From NCBI GenBank assembly GCA_964057225.1, contig OZ059899.1, positions 18,228,001 through 18,292,000 of the forward strand: DNA of 64,000 bases. Direction: 5' to 3'. This document shows positions 1-9,949 of the stretch, piece after piece (the first letter of the stretch is position 1; the number at the start of each line of letters is the position of its first letter). The DNA is from Auanema rhodensis. Its lineage: Eukaryota; Animalia; Nematoda. A model generated the notes under the pieces. It ran no database searches, had not been told where the DNA came from, and saw only the letters and a list, made by a program, of their open reading frames with translations. A program made the position numbers and the translations under genes.

Positions 1-3000
1 CACGTGGTGTGCACTCGGTATGTAACTCGCTTCACGTGAAAGATAAAGAGATGCGGTTTTTAAAATTAGACTCCCCATGTCCATATTAGTCTAAAAACAA
101 ATTTTTATTGATATTGGTGCATGGTAACCATGACTTTGAAATTTACGTGAACTTTAATTTATGCTAATTAAATGTACACGTGGTGTGCACTCGGTATGTA
201 ACTCGCTTCACGTGAAAGATAAAGAGATGCGGTTTTTAAAATTAGATTCCCCATGTCCATATTAGTCTGAAAACAATTTTTTACTGATATTGGTGCATGG
301 TAACCATGACTTTGAAATTTACGTGAACTTTAATTTATGCTAATTAAATGTACACGTGATGTGCACTTGGTATGTAACTTGCTTCACGTGAAAGATAAAG
401 AGATGCGGTTTTCAAAATTAGATTCCCCATGTCCATATTAGTCTTAAAACAAATTTTTATTGATATTGGTGCATGGTAACCATGACTTTGAAATTTACGT
501 GAACTTTAATTTATGCTAATTAAATCTACACGCGGTGTGCACTTGGTATGTAACTCGCTTCACGTGAAAGATAAAGAGATGCGGTTTTCAAAATTAGATT
601 CCCCATGTCCATATTAGTCTAAAAACAAATTTTTATTGATATTGGTTCATGGTAACCATGACTTTGAAATTTACGTGAACTTTAATTTATGCTAATTAAA
701 TGTACACGTGATGTGCACTTGGTATGTAACTTGCTTCACGTGAAAGATAAAGAGATGCGGTTTTCAAAATTAGATTCCCCATGTCCATATTAGTCTTAAA
801 ACAAATTTTTATTGATATTGGTGCTTGGTAACCATGACTTTGAAATTTACGTGAACTTTAATTTATGCTAATTAAATGTACACGTGATGTGCACTTGGTA
901 TGTAACTTGCTTCACGTGAAAGATAAAGAGATGCGGTTTTCAAAATTAGATTCCCCATGTCCATATTAGTCTTAAAACAAATTTTTATCGATATTGGTGC
1001 ATGGTAACCATGACTTTGAAATTTACGTGAACTTTATTTTATGCTACATAAATGTACACGTGGTGTGCACTTGGTATGTATCTCGCTTCACGTGAAAGAA
1101 AAAGAGATGCGGTTTCCAAAATTAGATTCCCCATGTCCATATTAGTCTAAAAACAGTTTTTTACTGATATTGGTGAATGGTAACCATGATTTTGAAATTT
1201 ACGTGAACTTTAATTTATGCTAATTAAATGTACACATGGTGTGCACTCGGTATGTAACTCGCTTCACGTGAAAGATAAAGAGATGCGGTTTTCACAATTA
1301 GATTCCCCATGTCCATATTAGTCTAAAAACAAATTTTTATTGATATTGGTGCATGGTAACCATGACTTTGAATTTTACGTGAACTTTAATTTATGCTAAT
1401 TAAACGTACACGTGGTGTGCACTCGGTATGTAACTCGCTTCACGTGAAAGATAAAGAGATGCGGTTTTCAAAAATAGATTCCCCATGTCCATATTAGTCT
1501 AAAAACAAGTTTTTATTGATATTGGTGCATGGTAACCATGACTTTGAATTTTACGTGAACTTTAATTTATGCTAATTAAATGTACACGTGGTGTGCACTC
1601 GGTATGTAACTCGCTTCACGTGAAAGATAAAGAGATGCGGTTATTAAAATTAGACTCCCCATGTCCATATTAGTCTAAAAACAAATTTTTATTGATATTG
1701 GTGCATGGTAACCATGACTTTGAAATCTACGTGAACTTTAATTTATGCTAATTAAATGTACAAGTGATGTGCACTTGGTATGTAACTCGCTTCACGTGAA
1801 AGATAAGGAGATGCGGTTTTCACAATTAGATTCCCCATGTCCATATTAGTCTAAAAACAAATTTTTATTGATATTGGTGCATGGTAACCATGACTTTGAA
1901 ATCTACGTGAACTTTAATTTATGCTAATTAAATGTACACGTGATGTGCACTTGGTATGTAACTCGCTTCACGTGAAAGATAAAGAGATGCCGTTTTCAAA
2001 ATTAGATTCCCCATGTCCATATTAGTCTAAAAACAAATTTTTATTGATATTGGTGCATGGTAACCATGACTTTGAAATTTACGTGAACTTTAATTTATGC
2101 TAATTAAATGTACACGTGGTGTGCACTCCGTATGTAACTCGCTTCACGTGAAAGATAAAGAGATGCGGTTTTTAAAATTAGATTCCCCATGTCCATATTA
2201 GTCTGAAAACAATTTTTTACTGATATTGGTGCATGGTAACCATGACTTTGAAATTTACGTGAACTTTAATTTATGCTAATTAAATGTACAAGTGATGTGC
2301 ACTTGGTATGTAACTCGCTTCACGTGAAAGATAAAGAGATGCAGTTCTCAAAATTAGATTCCCCATGTCCATATTAGTCTAGAAACAAATTTTTATTGAT
2401 ATTGGTGCATGGTAACCATGACTTTGAAATTTACGTGAACTTTAATTTATGCTAATTAAATGTACACGTGATGTGCACTTGGTATGTAACTCGCTTCACG
2501 TGAAAGATAAAGAGATGCAGTTCTCAAAATTAGATTCCCCATGTCCATATTAGTCTAAAAACAAATTTTCACTGATATTGGTGCATGGTAACCATGATTT
2601 TGAAATTTACGTGAACTTTAATTTATGCTAATTAAATGTACACGTGGTGTGCACTCGGTATGTAACTCGCTACACGTGAAAGATAAAGAGATGCGGTTAA
2701 CAAAATTAGATTTCCTATGTCCATATTAGTCTAAAAACAAATTTTTATTGATATTGGTTCATGGTAACCATGACTTTGAAATTTACGTGAACTTTAATTT
2801 ATGCTAATTAAATGTACACGTGATGTGCACTTGGTATGTAACTCGCTTCACGTGAAAGATAAAGAGATGCAGTTCTCAAAATTAGATTCCCCATGTCCAT
2901 ATTAGTCTAAAAACAAATTTTTATTGATATTGGTGCATGGTAACCATGACTTTGAAATTTACGTGAACTTTATTTTATGCTACATAAATGTACACGTGGT

Positions 3001-6000
3001 GTGCACTCGGTATATATCTCGCTTCACGTGAAAGATAAAGAGATGCGGTTTCCAAAATTAGATTCCCCATGTCCATATTAGTCTAAAAACATATTTTTAT
3101 CGATATTGGTGCATGGTAACCATGACTTTGAAATTTACGTGAACTTTATTTTATGCTACATAAATGTACACGTGGTGTGCACTCGGTATGTATCTCGCTT
3201 CACGTGAAAGATAAAGAGATGCGGTTTCCAAAATTAGATTCCCCATGTCCATATTAGTCTAAAAACAGTTTTTTACTGATATTGGTGCATGGTAACCATG
3301 ATTTTGAAATTTACGTGAACTTTAATTTATGCTAATTAAATGTACACATGGTGTGCACTCGGTATGTAACTCGCTTCACGTGAAAGATAAAGAGATGCGG
3401 TTTTCGAAATTAGATTCCCCATGTCCATATTAGTCTAAAAACAAATTTTTATTGATATTGGTGCATGGTAACCATGACTTTGAAATTTACGTGAACTTTA
3501 ATTTATGCTAATTAAATGTACACGTGGTGTGCACTCCGTATGTAACTCGCTTCACGTGAAAGATAAAGAGATGCGGTTTTTAAAATTAGATTCCCCATGT
3601 CCATATTAGTCTGAAAACAATTTTTTACTGATATTGGTGCATGGTAACCATGACTTTGAAATTTACGTGAACTTTAATTTATGCTAATTAAATGTACAAG
3701 TGATATGCACTTGGTATGTAACTCGCTTCACGTGAAAGATAAAGAGATGCAGTTCTCAAAATTAGATTCCCCATGTCCATATTAGTCTAGAAACAAATTT
3801 TTATTGATATTGGTGCATGGTAACCATGACTTTGAAATTTACGTGAACTTTAATTTATGCTAATTAAATGTACACGTGATGTGCACTTGGTATGTAACTC
3901 GCTTCACGTGAAAGATAAAGAGATGCAGTTCTCAAAATTAGATTCCCCATGTCCATATTAGTCTAAAAACAAATTTTTATTGATATTGGTGCATGGTAAC
4001 CATGACTTTGAAATTTACGTGAACTTTAATTTATGCTAATTAAATGTACACGTGATGTGCACTTGGTATGTAACTCGCTTCACGTGAAAGATAAAGAGAT
4101 GCAGTTCTCAAAATTAGATTCCCCATGTCCATATTAGTCTAAAAACAAATTTTTATTGATATTGGTGCATGGTAACCATGACTTTGAAATTTACGTGAAC
4201 TTTAATTTATGCTACATAAATGTACACGTGGTGTACACTCGGTATGTAACTCGCTTCACGTGAAAGATAAAGAGATGCAGTTCTCAAAATTAGATTCCCA
4301 ATGTCCATATTAGTCTAAAAACAAATTTTTATTGATATTGGTGCATGGTAACCATGACTTTGAAATTTACGTGAACTTTATTTTATGCTACATAAATGTA
4401 CACGTGGTGTGCACTCGGTATGTATCTCGCTTCACGTGAAAGATAAAGAGATGCGGTTTTCACAATTAGATTCCCCATGTCCATATTAGTCTAAAAACAA
4501 ATTTTTATTGATATTGGTGCATGGTAACCATGACTTTGAATTTTACGTGAACTTTAATTTATGCTAATTAAATGTACACATGGTGTGCACTCGGTATGTA
4601 ACTCGCTTCACGTGAAAGATAAAGAGATGCGGTTTTCGAAATTAGATTCCCCATGTCCATATTAGTCTAAAAACAAATTTTTATTGATATTGGTGCATGG
4701 TAACCATGATTTTGAAATTTACGTGAACTTTATTTTATGCTACATAAATGTACACGTGGTGTGCACTCGGTATGTATCTCGCTTCACGTGAAAGATAAAG
4801 AGATGCGGTTTCCAAAATTAGATTCCCCATGTCCATATTAGTCTAAAAACAGTTTTTTACTGATATTGGTGCATGGTAACCATGATTTTGAAATTTACGT
4901 GAACTTTAATTTATGCTAATTAAATGTACACATGGTGTGCACTCGGTATGTAACTCGCTTCACGTGAAAGATAAAGAGATGCGGTTTTCGAAATTAGATT
5001 CCCCATGTCCATATTAGTCTAAAAACAAATTTTTATTGATATTGGTGCATGGTAACCATGACTTTGAGATTTACGTGAACTTTAATTTATGCTAATTAAA
5101 TGTACACGTGATGTGCACTTGGTATGTAACTCGCTTCACGTGAAAGATAAAGAGATGCAGTTCTCAAAATTAGATTCCCCATGTCCATATTAGTCTAAAA
5201 ACAAATTTTTATTGATATTGGTGCATGGTAACCATGACTTTGAAATTTACGTGAACTTTAATTTATGCTAATTAAATGTACACGTGATGTGCACTTGGTA
5301 TGTAACTTGCTCCACGTGAAAGATAAAGAGATGCGGTTTTCAAAATTAGATTCCCCATGTCCATATTAGTCTTAAAACAAATTTTTATTGATATTGGTGC
5401 ATGGTAACCATGACTTTGAAATTTACGTGAACTTTAATTTATGCTAATTAAATGTACACGTGATGTGCACTTGGTATGTAACTCGCTTCACGTGAAAGAT
5501 AAAGAGATGCAGTTCTCAAAATTAGATTCCCCATGTCCATATTAGTCTAAAAACAAATTTTTATTGATATTGGTGCATGGTAACCATGACTTTGAAATTT
5601 ACGTGAACTTTATTTTATGCTACATAAATGTACACGTGGTGTGCACTCGGTATGTATCTCGCTTCACGTGAAAGATAAAGAGATGCGGTTTCCAAAATTA
5701 GATTCCCCATGTCCATATTAGTCTAAAAACAGTTTTTTACTGATATTGGTGCATGGTAACCATGATTTTGAAATTTACGTGAACTTTATTTTATGCTACA
5801 TAAATGTACACGTGGTGTGCACTCGGTATGTATCTCGCTTCACGTGAAAGATAAAGAGATGCGGTTTCCAAAATAAGATTCCCCATGTCCATATTAGTCT
5901 AAAAACAAATTTTTATCGATATTGGTGCATGGTAACCATGACTTTGAAATTTACGTGAACTTTATTTTATGCTACATAAATGTACACGTGGTGTGCACTC

Positions 6001-9000
6001 GGTATGTATCTCGCTTCACGTGAAAGATAAAGAGATGCGGTTTCCAAAATTAGATTCCCCATGTCCATATTAGTCTAAAAACAGTTTTTTACTGATATTG
6101 GTGCATGGTAACCATGATTTTGAAATTTACGTGAACTTTAATTTATGCTACATAAATGTACACGTGGTGTGCACTCGGTATGTATCTCGCTTCACGTGAA
6201 AGATAAAGAGATGCGGTTTCCAAAATTAGATTCCCCATGTCCATATTAGTCTAAAAACAGTTTTTTACTGATATTGGTGCATGGTAACCATGACTTTGAA
6301 ATTTACGTGAACTTTAATTTATGCTAATTAAATGTACAAGTGATGTGCACTTGGTATGTAACTCGCTTCACGTGAAAGATAAAGAGATGCAGTTCTCAAA
6401 ATTAGATTCCCCATGTCCATATTAGTCTAGAAACAAATTTTTATTGATATTGGTGCATGGTAACCATGACTTTGAAATTTACGTGAACTTTAATTTATGC
6501 TAATTAAATGTACACGTGATGTGCACTTGGTATGTAACTCGCTTCACGTGAAAGATAAAGAGATGCAGTTCTCAAAATTAGATTCCCCATGTCCATATTA
6601 GTCTAAAAACAAATTTTTATTGATATTGGTGCATGGTAACCATGACTTTGAAATTTACGTGAACTTTAATTTATGCTAATTAAATGTACACGTGATGTGC
6701 ACTTGGTATGTAACTTGCTTCACGTGAAAGATAAAGAGATGCCGTTTTCAAAAATAGATTCCCCATGTCCATATTAGTCTTAAAACGAATTTTTATTGAT
6801 ATTGGTGCATGGTAACCATGACTTTGAAATTTACGTGAACTTTAATTTATGCTAATTAAATGTACACGTGGTGTGCACCCGGTATGTAACTCGCTTCACG
6901 TGAAAGATAAAGTGATGAGGTTTTCCCAATTAGATTCCCCATGTCCATATTAGTCTAAAAACAAATTTTTATCGATATTGGTGCATGGTAACCATGACTT
7001 TGAAATTTACGTGAACTTTATTTTATGCTACATAAATGTACACGTGGTGTGCACTCGGTATGTATCTCGCTTCACGTGAAAGATAAAGAGATGCGGTTTC
7101 CAAAATTAGATTCCCCATGTCCATATTAGTCTAAAAACAGTTTTTTACTGATATTGGTGCATGGTAACCATGATTTTGAAATTTACGTGAACTTTAATTT
7201 ATGCTAATTAAATGTACACATGGTGTGCACTCGGTATGTAACTCGCTTCACGTGAAAGATAAAGAGATGCGGTTTTCAAAATTAGATTCCCCATGTCCAT
7301 ATTAGTCTAAAAACAAATTTTTATTGATATTGGTGCATGGTAACCATGACTTTGAAATTTACGTGAACTTTAATTTATGCTAATTAAATGTACACGTGAT
7401 GTGCACTTGGTATGTAACTCGCTTCACGTGAAAGATAAAGAGATGCAGTTCTCAAAATTAGATTCCCCATGTCCATATTAGTCTAAAAACAAATTTTTAT
7501 TGATATTGGTGCATGGTAACCATGACTTTGAAATTTACGTGAACTTTAATTTATGCTAATTAAATGTACACGTGATGTGCACTTGGTATGTAACTCGCTT
7601 CACGTGAAAGATAAAGAGATGCGGTTTTCAAAATTAGATTCCTCATGTCCATATTAGTCTTAAAACAAATTTTTATTGATATTGGTGCATGGTAACCATG
7701 ACTTTGAAATTTACGTGAACTTTAATTTATGCTAATTAAATGTACACGTGATGTGCACTTGGTATGTAACTCGCTTCACGTGAAAGATAAAGAGATGCAG
7801 TTCTCAAAATTAGATTCCCCATGTCCATATTAGTCTAAAAACAAATTTTTATTGATATATGTGCATGGTAACCATGACTTTGAAATTTACGTGAACTTCA
7901 ATTTATGCTAATTAAATGTACACGTGATGTGCACTTGGTATGTAACTCGCTTCACGTGAAAGATAAAGAGATGCAGTTCTCAAAATTAGATTCCCCATGT
8001 CCATATTAGTCTAAAAACAAATTTTTATTGATATTGGTGCATGGTAACCATGACTTTGAAATTTACGTGAACTTTAATTTATGCTAATTAAATGTACACG
8101 TGATGTGCACTTGGTATGTAACTTGCTTCACGTGAAAGATAAAGAGATGCGGTTTTCAAAATTAGATTCCCCATGTCCATATTAGTCTTAAAACAAATTT
8201 TTATTGATATTGGTGCATGGTAACCATGACTTTGAAATTTACGTGAACTTTAATTTATGCTAATTAAATGTACACGTGATGTGCACTTGGTATGTAACTT
8301 GCTTCACGTGAAAGATAAAGAGATGCGGTTCTCAAAATTAGATTCCCCATGTCCATATTAGTCTTAAAACAAATTTTTATTGATATTGGTGCAAGGTAAC
8401 CATGACTTTGAAATTTACGTGAACTTTAATTTATGCTAATTAAATGTACACGTGGTGTGCACTCGGTATCTAACTCGCTTCACGTGCAAGATAAAGAGAT
8501 GCGGTTCTCAAAATTAGATTCCCCATGTCCATATTAGTCTTAAAACAAATTTTTATTGATATTGGTGCATGGTAACCATGACTTTGAAATTTACGTGAAC
8601 TTTAATTTATGCTAATTAAATGTACACGTGATTTGCACTTGGTATGTAACTCGCTTCACGTGAACGATAAGGAGATGCGGTTTTCAAAATTAGATTCCCC
8701 ATGTCCATATTAGTCTTAAAACAAATTTTTATTGATATTGGTGCATGGTAACCATGACTTTGAAATTTACGTGAACTTTAATTTATGCTAATTAAATGTA
8801 CACGTGATATGCACTTGGTATGTAACTTGCTTCACGTGAAAGATAAAGAGATGCGGTTTTCAAAATTAGATTCCCCATGTCCATATTAGTCTTAAAACAA
8901 ATTTTTATTGATATTGGTACATGGTAACCATGACTTTGAAATTTACGTGAACTTTAATTTATGCTAATTAAATGTACACGTGGTGTGCACTCGGTATGTA

Positions 9001-9188
9001 ACTCGCTTCACTTGAAAGATAAAGAGATGCGGTTTTTAAAATTAGATTCCCCATGTCCATATTAGTCTAAAAACAAATTTTTATTGATATTGGTGCATGG
9101 TAACCATGACTTTGAAATTTACGTGAACTTTAATTTATGCTAATTAAATGAACACGTGGTGTGCACTCGGTATGTAACTCGCTTCACG
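1..9188. repeat. Satellite A: tandem array of a 176-bp monomer (52 full copies plus a 36-bp partial copy; runs off the left edge)
   Basis: The monomer start CACGTG(G/A)TGTGCAC recurs at 1, 177, 2641, 5281, 7921 and 9153, all equal to 1+176n. Copies differ by a few substitutions. First monomer GC is 59/176 (~33%). Confidence 0.99.
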
Positions 9189-9197
9189 CTTCAACAT
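9180..9197. other. Direct junction between satellite A and satellite B
   Basis: The sequence reads ...TAACT-CGCTTCA-CGCTTCA-ACATACAC.... A consensus is followed to 9188 (GCTTCACG) and B consensus starts at 9191 (TCAACATAC). There is no intervening unique DNA. Confidence 0.95.
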
Positions 9198-9949
9198 ACA
9201 CTAATACATCATTTTTTAAACGATCATAACTAATTTTTGTATTGAGCGTTTCTCAATGTAGTATAGTGCATTCGATGCGGATTTTTAAGCTGCGTCGATC
9301 TGTGTTATCAGATTTGCGCTAGCTTAAAAATGCACCGAGATATCAACTGATATAAGTTCACACTTATATCCTCGATTTTCACATTGAAGAATTAATTTCT
9401 TCGTTGAATAACAATGTCCATCGTCTTCGCCTTAAAAAAAAAATCTAAAAACATCTACTTTTTGTGAAATTATTTTGAAATTTTTAGGGAAAATTTTTGT
9501 CAAAATGTTTTTGGAAGCAATGTTGAGTGTACATGGAAACTCAACATACACTAATGCATCATTTTTCAAACGATCATAACTAATTTTTGTATTGAGCATT
9601 TCTCAATGTAGTATAGTGCTTTCGATGCGGATTTTTAAGCTGCGTCGTTCTGTGTTATCAGATTTGCGCTAGCTTAAACATGCACCGAGATATCAACTGT
9701 TATAAGTTCACACTTATATCCTCGATTTTCACCCTGAAGAATTAATTTTTTTGTTGAATAACATTGTCCATCGTCTTCGCCTTTAAAAACAGAATCTAAA
9801 AACATCTACTTTTTGTGAAATTATTTTGAAATTTTTAGGGAAAATTTTTGTCAAAATATTTTTGGAAGCAATGTTGAGTGTACATGGAAACTCAACATAC
9901 ACTAATGCATCATTTTTCAAACGATCATAACTAATTTTTGTATTGAGCG

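Noticed and set aside
1-176. Assignment to a known 170-180-bp satellite (primate alpha, Arabidopsis CEN178, Brassica CentBr) or of B to a known ~350-360-bp insect satellite
   Set aside because: Only the length is similar. I do not recognise sequence identity to those consensus sequences, so a database search is needed to name the family or species.
9259-9278. tRNA/SINE-like Pol III boxes (TAGTATAGTG and ATTCGATGC)
   Set aside because: The two motifs are adjacent, without the ~30+ bp spacing needed between A and B boxes, and no cloverleaf can be formed.
9191-9540. Satellite B as a direct dimer of two ~175-bp halves
   Set aside because: The two halves show no convincing similarity by eye, in any rotation I tried.
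9725-9775. Hammerhead ribozyme / retrozyme-type satellite (CTGAAGA matches the CUGANGA core, with a GTC downstream)
   Set aside because: The following motif is GAAT rather than GAAA, and I could not form stems I, II and III around the core. No CUGANGA is evident on the minus strand. An Infernal search with the Rfam hammerhead models would be the definitive test.
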